Shown in pieces: positions 48,517 through 56,040 of a DNA stretch of 56,040 nucleotides. Numbering within the stretch: the first letter of the stretch is position 1; every line of letters begins with the position of its first letter. The stretch comes from a virus (Duplodnaviria; Caudoviricetes): IMG/VR virus record IMGVR_UViG_3300032269_000733, positions 1 through 56,040 of that record. The stretch is one strand, 5' to 3'. Both the position numbers and the translations under genes were made by a program. The notes under the pieces were generated by a model that was not told where the DNA came from, made no database searches, and worked only from the letters and a program-made list of their open reading frames with translations.

Positions 48517-49365
48517 ATGGCTTATCCTATCGTTAGTGCGCCTTACGGCATTAAGCCCGTTAATTTGATTGGTGGTCAAGTATTTGCAGGGTCTACACGC
48601 AATTTGCCTATAGCCTACAACTACGGAACCGCTATCTATTACGGTGATCCTGTGCAGTTATCTGCTGGTTACGTTGTTATCGCCCCGGGCGGTGCATCTT
48701 TAACTGGCGCTTCATATCTCAAAGCTACCGTTGGTATCTTCTTGGGATGTTATTACACCAACCCAACTACTAAGCAACGTCAATATGCTCAGTACTATCC
48801 CGGCTCAGTATTAGCTGGCGATATCACTGCTATTGTTGCTGATGATCCAGATCAAGTGTTCCAAGTTGCAGTTACAAACTCAGCTTCTGGCACAACAATC
48901 TCTTCATTGCCACAAGGCATGGTTGGTTTAAACGTAGCTGGTAATACTTTAACTGGCTCTGCATCTACTGGTAACTCTTCTGCTGCTGTGATTGCTTCTG
49001 CAACTACAACTGCTATTGGTTCAGGTGGTGTATGGCGTGTATTACAGTTAGTTCCTGATACACAAATTAGTACTTCTTGTACTTATGTTTCTGGCGCTAC
49101 CACAACTTCATTGGTTGTTTCTGGTTTAACAGTAGGACAAGTAATTCCTATTGGTACAGATGTATTCCAATTAGTTAACGGTCAGTTACAGAGCATTGTT
49201 TCAGTAACAACAGCAGCATCAACCGTCACGACAACAGGCAGTACAACATTGACAGTTACAGCTTCATCCGTAACACCGTCAGCTAGTGCTACTCTTGTTT
49301 TAGTTCAAACCCCAGAAGTGCTCGTGAAATTCAATCAAGGTGTTCACGACTACTACTCAGCTTAA
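48517..49365 (+). CDS. Probable capsid decoration / cement protein
   Basis: APYG.KP, GIFLGC.Y, V.DDP; T/S-rich insert; directly before major capsid gene. Confidence 0.6.
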   Translation: MAYPIVSAPYGIKPVNLIGGQVFAGSTRNLPIAYNYGTAIYYGDPVQLSAGYVVIAPGGASLTGASYLKATVGIFLGCYYTNPTTKQRQYAQYYPGSVLAGDITAIVADDPDQVFQVAVTNSASGTTISSLPQGMVGLNVAGNTLTGSASTGNSSAAVIASATTTAIGSGGVWRVLQLVPDTQISTSCTYVSGATTTSLVVSGLTVGQVIPIGTDVFQLVNGQLQSIVSVTTAASTVTTTGSTTLTVTASSVTPSASATLVLVQTPEVLVKFNQGVHDYYSA

Positions 49366-49381
49366 TCTAGGAGATATTTAA

Positions 49382-50290
49382 ATGGCTATTTCTCGTGCAC
49401 AACTACTGAAAGAGTTGCTCCCCGGATTGAATGCTTTGTTCGGTTTGGAGTATGCTCGTTATGGTGAAGAACATAAAGAGATTTATGAAACAGAAACCTC
49501 TGAGCGTTCTTTTGAAGAAGAAACAAAACTGTCTGGTTTCTCAGCAGCGCCTGTCAAAAACGAAGGTCAAGCTATTCGTTACGACAATGCGCAAGAAGCA
49601 TGGACAGCTCGCTATAACCACGAAACTATCGCCCTTGGCTTTAGCTTGACTGAAGAAGCAATTGAAGATAACCTCTACGATTCTTTATCAGCTCGCTATA
49701 CTAAAGGCTTGGCTCGTGCGATGGCTTACACTAAGCAAGTTAAGGCTGCTGCTGTAATTAACAACGGCTTTAACAACGGTTATCAAGGCGGTGACGGTGT
49801 TTCATTATTTAACACTTCACATCCATTGATTAACGGTGCTACTAACGGAAACACTCCAACCACTGCTGCTGACTTGAATGAAACTTCTTTAGAGAATGCT
49901 GTTATTCAAATCGCTGCTTGGACTGATGAGCGTGGATTGTTAATTGCTGCTAAACCTAAGAAGTTAATTGTTCCACCTGCACTACAGTTCGTTGCTACTC
50001 GTTTGTTAGAGACAGAACTTCGTGTTGGTACAACTGATAACGATATTAACGCTATCAAGAACAATGGTTCTATTCCTGAAGGCTACACCATCAATCACTT
50101 CCTAACCGATAATAACGGTTGGTATTTGACTACTGATGTACCTAACGGTATGAAGCACTTTGTACGTACACCACTCCAGAACTCTATGGATGGCGACTTC
50201 GATACAGGTAACGTACGTTACAAGTCTCGTGAGCGTTATTCATTCGGCTGGTCTGATCCATTAGGTATGTACGGATCACCTGGAGCTTAA
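49382..50290 (+). CDS. Major capsid protein
   Basis: MAISRAQLLKELLPGLNALFG, TEEAIEDNLY, KLIVPP, RERYSFGWSD; high-expression codon usage; followed by terminator. Confidence 0.9.
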   Translation: MAISRAQLLKELLPGLNALFGLEYARYGEEHKEIYETETSERSFEEETKLSGFSAAPVKNEGQAIRYDNAQEAWTARYNHETIALGFSLTEEAIEDNLYDSLSARYTKGLARAMAYTKQVKAAAVINNGFNNGYQGGDGVSLFNTSHPLINGATNGNTPTTAADLNETSLENAVIQIAAWTDERGLLIAAKPKKLIVPPALQFVATRLLETELRVGTTDNDINAIKNNGSIPEGYTINHFLTDNNGWYLTTDVPNGMKHFVRTPLQNSMDGDFDTGNVRYKSRERYSFGWSDPLGMYGSPGA

Positions 50291-50307
50291 TACCTTAAGC
50301 ACCTATA

Positions 50308-50335
50308 AGAACCCGCTCACAAGGCGGGTTTTTTT
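50308..50335 (+). terminator. Intrinsic terminator after capsid gene
   Basis: AACCCGC-TCACAAG-GCGGGTT then T run. Confidence 0.85.
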
Positions 50336-50347
50336 ATTTAAAAAAGA

Positions 50348-50375
50348 TTGCACAAATTCTAAAAAGTAGTATGAT
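50348..50375 (+). promoter_or_regulatory. Putative sigma70 promoter
   Basis: TTGCAC-N16-TATGAT after the terminator. Confidence 0.45.
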
Positions 50376-50382
50376 TAGTTAT

Positions 50383-50457
50383 CTGGGTAATTCCAGCTTA
50401 TTAAACTGCACCCAGCAGACGATATACCGATTAATAGGCTTAACTTGTATATAGGAG
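50383..50457 (+). ncRNA. Candidate pseudoknotted cis-regulatory leader
   Basis: Crossing helices of 6, 10 and 6 bp ending next to the AGGAG SD. Confidence 0.5.
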
Positions 50458-50464
50458 AACTCTC

Positions 50465-50950
50465 ATGGGTTTAGCTTCACACTTAGGTCCTTGGCTATTA
50501 GGTACCGTTAAAAACACTACTGGCACTACTGCTGGAACACTACGCAATATGGGCGCAACTGTTGTAGCCCAATCTGTTGCTATTGCTTACACAGATATCA
50601 CTGCTGGTACATACGCATTTACTATTCCTGCTGGTTCACAAATTTTAGAAGCTACGTTAAATACAACTGTTGCTTACGCAACTACTACCCCTACATACGC
50701 ATTGTTTGCAAATGGTACAGCTATTAATACAGCAGCTAATGGTAGCGTATTTACTAACACAGGTATTGTTAATATTGCTCTTGGCAATAACAACGCAGCT
50801 GGTGCAGTATTGTGTTCCAACGTAGGTTCAACTGACGCACTTATTACATTTACTCAAGCTAACGTAACAGCTACTTCCGGTGCTGCTATATTGACTTTAA
50901 GATATGTAGTTCGTCAAGCTGATGGTACATACGTTCCTGCATCAGCTTAA
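50465..50950 (+). CDS. Virion structural protein
   Basis: A/T-rich beta protein, IPAGSQI motif. Confidence 0.7.
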   Translation: MGLASHLGPWLLGTVKNTTGTTAGTLRNMGATVVAQSVAIAYTDITAGTYAFTIPAGSQILEATLNTTVAYATTTPTYALFANGTAINTAANGSVFTNTGIVNIALGNNNAAGAVLCSNVGSTDALITFTQANVTATSGAAILTLRYVVRQADGTYVPASA

Positions 50951-50959
50951 TTAATCTGG

Positions 50960-50990
50960 GGGTTAACAGTGTTAACCCTCTTTAAATTTT
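50960..50990 (+). terminator. Hairpin, possible weak terminator
   Basis: GGGTTAAC-AGT-GTTAACCC then TCTTTAAATTTT. Confidence 0.4.
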
Positions 50991-51002
50991 AGGAGATTAA
51001 TT

Positions 51003-51296
51003 ATGATGCAAACTGATGTCAAAACGTACCACACTGCAAGTAGTGGTGCACAACAAGTTGTTTCTGGAAGATGCCGTTTACGTGGGTACCAAGTTGCTCC
51101 AAGCGGAACTGCTGGTCAATTAAACTTTTATGATGGCACTTCAACTTCTGATCCGTTAGTATTGTCAATAGACATAACTGCCAATACTGCAATCATTTCA
51201 ACAACGATTCCTGCTGAGGGGATTGTGTTTACTAAGGGTATTTACTACGCACCAGCAGCAACAAATGCAACAACATTCACGGTATTTTACAGTTAA
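51003..51296 (+). CDS. Small virion protein
   Basis: MQTDVK, IPAEGIVF..GIY, TVFY motifs. Confidence 0.7.
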   Translation: MMQTDVKTYHTASSGAQQVVSGRCRLRGYQVAPSGTAGQLNFYDGTSTSDPLVLSIDITANTAIISTTIPAEGIVFTKGIYYAPAATNATTFTVFYS

Positions 51297-51306
51297 GGAA
51301 AAGAAT

Positions 51307-51567
51307 GTGGCTACTAAGAAGAAAGGACCCTCACTTGCAGTTGGAAGAGGCGAAAAACTCCCGGTTTCTAAGGGGGCTGGACTTACTGCTAAGGGTCGTG
51401 CGAAGTATAACAGGGAAACGGGATCAAACTTAAAAGCCCCGCAGCCTGAAGGTGGTGCTCGTAAGAAGTCCTTTTGTGCAAGAATGAGTGGAATGCCCGG
51501 ACCTATGAAAGATGAGAACGGCAAGCCTACACGTAAAGCAGCAAGCTTAAAAAGATGGAAATGCTGA
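51307..51567 (+). CDS. Small basic protein
   Basis: GLTAKGRAKYN..TGSNLKAP, RKKSFCARM.G, SLKRWKC; GTG start 51307. Confidence 0.7.
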   Translation: MATKKKGPSLAVGRGEKLPVSKGAGLTAKGRAKYNRETGSNLKAPQPEGGARKKSFCARMSGMPGPMKDENGKPTRKAASLKRWKC

Positions 51568-51809
51568 TGGAAATCAAAGAAATATTAATGTTGTGGAATT
51601 TGGGGTTAACTCTTATTATGGGAGTTGTAGGTTTTTTCCTTAAGGAGAAATTCAATGAAATACAGCGTCTTAATATCTTACTTAACAGAACCCGTGAAGA
51701 AGTGGCAGGAAACAACGTCACTAAAGCAGAAATGGATAAGATTGTTGAGCATATGGACTCAAGGTTTAACAAGCTTGAAAACAAAATTGACCAACTTATG
51801 GCGAGATAA
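51567..51809 (+). CDS. Membrane-anchored coiled-coil protein
   Basis: N-terminal TM, LLNRTREE.A...VTK, RF.KLE.KID. Confidence 0.7.
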   Translation: MEIKEILMLWNLGLTLIMGVVGFFLKEKFNEIQRLNILLNRTREEVAGNNVTKAEMDKIVEHMDSRFNKLENKIDQLMAR

Positions 51810-51811
51810 AA

Positions 51812-52075
51812 ATGGATGATATTTTAAAATATGGCGTTTTTGGAGTTGCTAAACCACTAATAGATAAATTAACTGATTCAGGTCTTTCACAAGAACAAGT
51901 GGATCAACAAATAAAAGGTGCCTTGGAAAAACAAAAAGCTGACCAAGAAAAAAGTATGATGCAACAGCAGGGCATGGGACAGCCAAGAACAATGAAGAAA
52001 GGCGGGAAAGTATCTCGTTCTTCTGCTTCTAAACGTGCAGATGGATGTTGCACGAAAGGATTTACTCGTGCCTAG
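51812..52075 (+). CDS. Small protein with KKGG and ADG..KG.TR motifs
   Basis: MKKGGKV; SSASKRADGCCTKGFTRA. Confidence 0.65.
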   Translation: MDDILKYGVFGVAKPLIDKLTDSGLSQEQVDQQIKGALEKQKADQEKSMMQQQGMGQPRTMKKGGKVSRSSASKRADGCCTKGFTRA

Positions 52076-52598
52076 TACAAGTAAAAAACAACATAATTTT
52101 ATGGAAGCAATTGCTCATAATAAGGCTTTTGCTAAAAAAGTTGGCGTGCCACAATCGGTAGGTCAAGAATTTTCAAAAGCCGATAAAGGCAAAACTTTTA
52201 AAAGGGGTGGTGATACTATGAAGAAAAAATCAATGATGCCTATGGGCGGTAGAATGGCTAGAGATAATCAACCCCCTTCAGGCATGGGTGGTGGAATGCC
52301 TCAACCCGGAACTCCCGGAATGATGCGCAAGGGTGGCATGGCTAAAAAGATGAAAGAAGGCGGTAAAGCTGACATGGCTCAAGATAAAGCTATGATTAAA
52401 AAAGCTTTAAGAATGCACGATGCTCAAGAACATAAGGGTGGAAAAGGTACAGATCTATCTAATCTTAAAAAAGGTGGAATGGCTATGAAAAAAATGGCTG
52501 GTGGCGGTTTAGCTGCTAAACATAAATCTGCTGACGGTGTTGTGTCTAAGGGCAAAACCCGTGCAATGATGCCTAAAATGAAAGGTAGAACAATATGA
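52068..52598 (+). CDS. Lys/Met/Gly-rich basic protein
   Basis: GTG start PSTSKKQHNFM.A.AH; several xxGG repeats. Confidence 0.7.
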   Translation: MPSTSKKQHNFMEAIAHNKAFAKKVGVPQSVGQEFSKADKGKTFKRGGDTMKKKSMMPMGGRMARDNQPPSGMGGGMPQPGTPGMMRKGGMAKKMKEGGKADMAQDKAMIKKALRMHDAQEHKGGKGTDLSNLKKGGMAMKKMAGGGLAAKHKSADGVVSKGKTRAMMPKMKGRTI

Positions 52599-53269
52599 AA
52601 CGCAAGGTAAAAAGATTTGCCGAGGGCGATGAAGTAATTGATATGCGTTCTGATACAAGTATGCCTACAGGGATTGATGACTCTGTTCGTGCTCGTGCAA
52701 TGAAGTTTTTAGAAAAGGGAATGAAGGACGAGGAGCCTTCATCTTCTAAGCCAAGAGCTATGATAAAGAAGACAACAAAAAGTATTGTTGAGTCACCAAA
52801 ATCTAAATCATATTCTGAGCCTAAAGGATTTAGAGTTCCTGAGGCAGAACCGGGTTTAGAGGCAGTTCATCCTGAAGATTATTTACCGGGTAGTGGCATA
52901 TTAAAAGGATTGGCACGTGGTGCTTCTCGTTTAATAGAAAAACAAGCTATTCGTGAAGCAGAGAAAAAAGCTAAAGAACGTGCTGCTAAAGAAGCATCTA
53001 AAGAAGCAAAAGATAATGCAAGGAGAAGTGCTGAAGGATATAGTCCCGAAGAGGCAGTTAGAAAATTAGATGAGCCTGCAAGGGTTGCAAGAACTGAATC
53101 AAGTGGCGCTATGAGAAATACATTTAGACCTGAAGAAATTCGTGAAGGGTTTAAACGTGGCGGTAAAACATCATCGTTTAAACAAGGTGGTTCAGTAAAG
53201 CGTAGTTCTGCATCAAGTAGGGCTGATGGTTGTGCAACTAAAGGTCACACTCGTGGCAAAATTTGTTAA
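52595..53269 (+). CDS. Charged protein with xxGG and ADG..KG.TRG motifs
   Basis: FKRGG, FKQGGSV, SSASSRADGCATKGHTRG. Confidence 0.7.
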   Translation: MKRKVKRFAEGDEVIDMRSDTSMPTGIDDSVRARAMKFLEKGMKDEEPSSSKPRAMIKKTTKSIVESPKSKSYSEPKGFRVPEAEPGLEAVHPEDYLPGSGILKGLARGASRLIEKQAIREAEKKAKERAAKEASKEAKDNARRSAEGYSPEEAVRKLDEPARVARTESSGAMRNTFRPEEIREGFKRGGKTSSFKQGGSVKRSSASSRADGCATKGHTRGKIC

Positions 53270-53279
53270 GGAGAATTAA

Positions 53280-53504
53280 ATGAAGATGAAAATGGTTAAA
53301 GAATCAATGGAGCCAATGTCAGGTCCTGATATGGTACGTCACGATGACTTTATTTCTCAACATGAAGTTGAGGGTCACAAGCATCATAAGAATGAATTTA
53401 AAAAACATGCTGCTGGTCATATGCACCATATGGACAATGTTGTTGCTATGTGTGGTGGTGGCTATACAAAGAGCAAGAAAATGAAATCAGGCGGGATGTG
53501 CTAA
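53280..53504 (+). CDS. Small His/Met-rich protein
   Basis: GHKHHK..FKKHAAGHMHH; AGGAG SD. Confidence 0.65.
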   Translation: MKMKMVKESMEPMSGPDMVRHDDFISQHEVEGHKHHKNEFKKHAAGHMHHMDNVVAMCGGGYTKSKKMKSGGMC

Positions 53505-53777
53505 ATGAGAGCCTCTCGTGGCATGGGTGCTATTAACCCATCCAAGATGCCAAGTGGCGTTAAAAAAGCCCGTAAGGATAATACGGACTTTACTGAATAC
53601 GCTAAGGGTGGGCATGTAAATGAAGCAGGCAATTACACAAAGCCTAGTTTGAGAAAGCGTATTTTGGCGCAGGTAAAATCAGCCGCAGTGCAGGGTACAG
53701 GAGCAGGCAAATGGTCTGCACGTAAGGCACAATTGGTAGCAAAGAAATATAAAGCATCAGGTGGTGGGTATAAATGA
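53505..53777 (+). CDS. Small basic protein
   Basis: MRASRGMGAI.PSKMP; NYTKP.LRK; G.WSARKAQ. Confidence 0.7.
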   Translation: MRASRGMGAINPSKMPSGVKKARKDNTDFTEYAKGGHVNEAGNYTKPSLRKRILAQVKSAAVQGTGAGKWSARKAQLVAKKYKASGGGYK

Positions 53778-54025
53778 GTGCATTAGCAAAACCACAACGT
53801 TCTTTAAAGGCTTGGGGTGAGCAGAAGTGGACTACAAAATCAGGTAAAAAATCATCCGTAACAGGAGAAAGATACTTACCTGAAAAGGCAATTAAAGCAT
53901 TGAGCCCACAAGAATATGCATCTACCACCAAAGCTAAACGTGAAGGCAAGGCAAAAGGTAAGCAATTTGTAGCACAACCTAAAAGTATTAAAAACAAGGT
54001 TAAACCGTACAGAAAGATTACATAA
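53774..54025 (+). CDS. Small basic protein
   Basis: Q.SLK.W..QKW.TKSGK.S..TGERYLP. Confidence 0.7.
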   Translation: MSALAKPQRSLKAWGEQKWTTKSGKKSSVTGERYLPEKAIKALSPQEYASTTKAKREGKAKGKQFVAQPKSIKNKVKPYRKIT

Positions 54026-54978
54026 TGGCGTATACGTCAGGAACTAGCGTATTTAACTTAGACCTTACTGAATTGGCAGAGGAGGTTTTTGAGCGCTGTG
54101 GTTCACAACTGCGTTCTGGTTACGACTTACGAACATTGCGCAGATCGCTTAATCTTTTAACTATTGATTGGTCTAATCGTGGTATTAATCTTTGGACTGT
54201 AGAAGAGACAAGCATTCAGTTAACAACTAATCAGGGGATATATGCAGTTCCTGTTGATACAATAGACATTCTTGATTTAGAAACACGGACAAGCAATGCA
54301 AGCACTTCCAACCAAACTGATATTAATCTCAGTCGCATATCTGAGCCTACTTACGCTACTATTCCTAACAAGCTTACAACAGGAAGACCCGTACAGGTTT
54401 ATTTCAATAGACAGTCAGGTAATGCGGATGTATCTGAGTATTTACTAGCGTCTAATATTACTTCTACAAGCACAACAATTACGTTAAAGACGGCAACCAA
54501 TGCTAACATTGCTAACCTAGATTTACGGTCTACAGGATTTATTCAGATTGGTTCTGAGATTATTGCTTACACAAATATCATCGGGAATCAACTCCAAAAT
54601 TGCTGGAGAGGACAAAACAATACAACAGCTGCATCTCATACAGCAAATGATGCAATTACAGTTCAGTACCTTCCTTGTTTAAATATTTGGCCCACACCCG
54701 ATGGCGGTGGAGGACCTTATACATTGGTTTACTGGCGCATGCGTAGAATTCAAGATGGAGGAACGGGTGTCAATATCCAAGACGTACCATTCAGATTTAT
54801 TAATTGTTTAGTTGCGGGTTTATCTTATTTGATGAGCGTAAAAATTCAAGGCACAGATCCTAACCGTGTTATGTTTTTGAAGCAAGATTATGAAGAACAG
54901 TTTGCTTTAGCCTCACAAGAAGATAGAGAAACAGCACCGTTACGATTTGTCCCACGTAATTTATTTTATAGTAGATAA
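54025..54978 (+). CDS. Head-tail adaptor-like protein
   Basis: E.FERCG, RSLNL...W.NRG.NLW, IPNK...GRP, P.RF..CL.AGL.Y, ED. Confidence 0.65.
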   Translation: MAYTSGTSVFNLDLTELAEEVFERCGSQLRSGYDLRTLRRSLNLLTIDWSNRGINLWTVEETSIQLTTNQGIYAVPVDTIDILDLETRTSNASTSNQTDINLSRISEPTYATIPNKLTTGRPVQVYFNRQSGNADVSEYLLASNITSTSTTITLKTATNANIANLDLRSTGFIQIGSEIIAYTNIIGNQLQNCWRGQNNTTAASHTANDAITVQYLPCLNIWPTPDGGGGPYTLVYWRMRRIQDGGTGVNIQDVPFRFINCLVAGLSYLMSVKIQGTDPNRVMFLKQDYEEQFALASQEDRETAPLRFVPRNLFYSR

Positions 54979-54980
54979 TC

Positions 54981-55409
54981 ATGCCTAGTAATTTTGCATC
55001 AGGTAAACACTCAATTGCAGAATGTGATCGTTGCGGTCAGCGATATATGCTTAAAGATTTAAAAAAGCTTGTAATTAAAACCAAACAAGTTAGTATTAAA
55101 GTATGTAGGGAATGCTGGGAACCAGATCAGCCACAATTGCAATTAGGTATGTATCCTGTGAATGACCCGCAAGCTGTACGTGAGCCAAGACCAGACGTTA
55201 GTTATTATGGTTCAGGCTTAACAGGATTACAAACTTTAAATGGTAATGGTACAAGTATTGATCAGAATGGTTATCCTGCCGATGGTAGTAGACAGATTCA
55301 ATGGGGCTGGTACCCTGTAGGTGGTTCAAGAGCATTTGATAGGCAATTAACACCCAATTCTTTAGTAGGAATTGGTACAATTAATAGTGTAACGGTAACA
55401 GTAAATTAA
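54981..55409 (+). CDS. Zinc-finger-like head-tail region protein
   Basis: CDRC...CREC; DPQAVREPRPD. Confidence 0.7.
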   Translation: MPSNFASGKHSIAECDRCGQRYMLKDLKKLVIKTKQVSIKVCRECWEPDQPQLQLGMYPVNDPQAVREPRPDVSYYGSGLTGLQTLNGNGTSIDQNGYPADGSRQIQWGWYPVGGSRAFDRQLTPNSLVGIGTINSVTVTVN

Positions 55410-55419
55410 GGAGTTTAAA

Positions 55420-55608
55420 ATGGGATATAGATCAGCCGCTGATGGCGTAACAAAAACAGGAAAAACTAAGGGTAGAAATCTTGGTGATTCTGGACCTAAT
55501 GTTAAAATTGAAAACGGACCGATGAAAAAGACTGTTGGTAAAACAAACGCTAACATGAAATCTATGGGACGTAACTTAGCTAAAGTTGCCGCTCAAAGGG
55601 GAAGATAA
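55420..55608 (+). CDS. Small basic protein
   Basis: ADGVTKTGKTKG; MGRNLAK; AGGAG SD. Confidence 0.65.
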   Translation: MGYRSAADGVTKTGKTKGRNLGDSGPNVKIENGPMKKTVGKTNANMKSMGRNLAKVAAQRGR

Positions 55609-55928
55609 TGCCTACTGCAAAAATAGTTAAACCAACTACTAAAAATAGTTCGCCTATGCGTACAGGTCACGCACGTGACAACAAACCTGCTGAAGCTTAT
55701 GCTGCTCCACATACAATGTCTGGTGGTAAAGTAACTGCTAATGCTAAAGAGATTGAAGTTAAAACCGATCCTAATACCTTAAACGCTAGTCAAGTTAGTC
55801 CACGTACTGTAGCTATGCGTGTAAGCGCTGGCAATCCCGGTGCTGATGATGTTAAAACCACAGGTATTGAGACTCGTGGTAATGGCGCAGCAACTAAAGG
55901 TAGAATGGCAAGAGGACCGATGGCGTAA
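55608..55928 (+). CDS. Small basic protein
   Basis: KT.GI..RG.GAATKG..ARGPMA C-terminus. Confidence 0.7.
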   Translation: MPTAKIVKPTTKNSSPMRTGHARDNKPAEAYAAPHTMSGGKVTANAKEIEVKTDPNTLNASQVSPRTVAMRVSAGNPGADDVKTTGIETRGNGAATKGRMARGPMA

Positions 55929-56040
55929 TGAACTACGTTCAACTGCAACAAGCAATACAAGACTATAGCGAGAATACAGAAGCATTATTTGTCGCTAATA
56001 TTCCTACGTTTGTACAACAAGCAGAAGAGCGTATTTTTAA
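55928..56040 (+). CDS. Head-tail / tail tubular protein, 3'-truncated
   Basis: TAATG coupling; MNYVQLQQAIQDYSEN....F..NIP.FV.QAEERI runs off the window. Confidence 0.65.
   Translation, partial: MNYVQLQQAIQDYSENTEALFVANIPTFVQQAEERIF

Larger units (their letters stand above)
7835..53183. repeat. Highly iterated palindrome GTTTAAAC (43 copies counted by eye)
   Basis: Dispersed in genes and clustered at 40626-42263; positions listed in findings. Confidence 0.9.
1..56040. mobile_element. Tailed bacteriophage genome segment (podovirus-like), probably near-complete
   Basis: Terminase, portal, capsid, nozzle, ejection proteins, tail fibres, lysis and replication genes in phage-like operons; no host housekeeping genes and no tape measure or sheath gene recognised. 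Confidence 0.97.

Overview
The whole window is a tailed-phage (Caudoviricetes, podovirus-like gene set) genome segment. It starts inside a tail-fibre gene and ends inside a head-tail gene, so it is probably most of a circularly permuted genome of about 60 kb (inference). Layout: (+) tail fibres, lysis cassette, tail nozzle and ejection proteins including a 3131-aa polyvalent protein (1-23729); (-) recombination/methylase operon (23710-30194); (+) RusA, small HNH and primase-helicase (30245-33132); (-) early accessory operon with a MoxR AAA+/vWA/metallopeptidase module (33316-40130); a non-coding control region; (+) terminases, portal, GroES-like protein, scaffold, capsid and many small basic proteins (41002-56040). 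No integrase, DNA polymerase, tRNA or CRISPR array was recognised. The most unusual signals are: (1) a ~470-nt heavily base-paired, pseudoknotted minus-strand RNA at the head of the early operon; (2) a [KR]Y[SAN][LIF] linker repeated seven times between the cargo domains of the giant protein downstream of an HExxH peptidase, suggesting a self-processing injected polyprotein; (3) about 43 copies of the palindrome GTTTAAAC where about 2 are expected; (4) short peptide motifs (Phi-x-x-GG and ADG-x3-KG-x-TR) shared by many unrelated virion-region proteins; (5) two further pseudoknotted leader RNAs. All product calls come from motif recognition by eye, not database searches.
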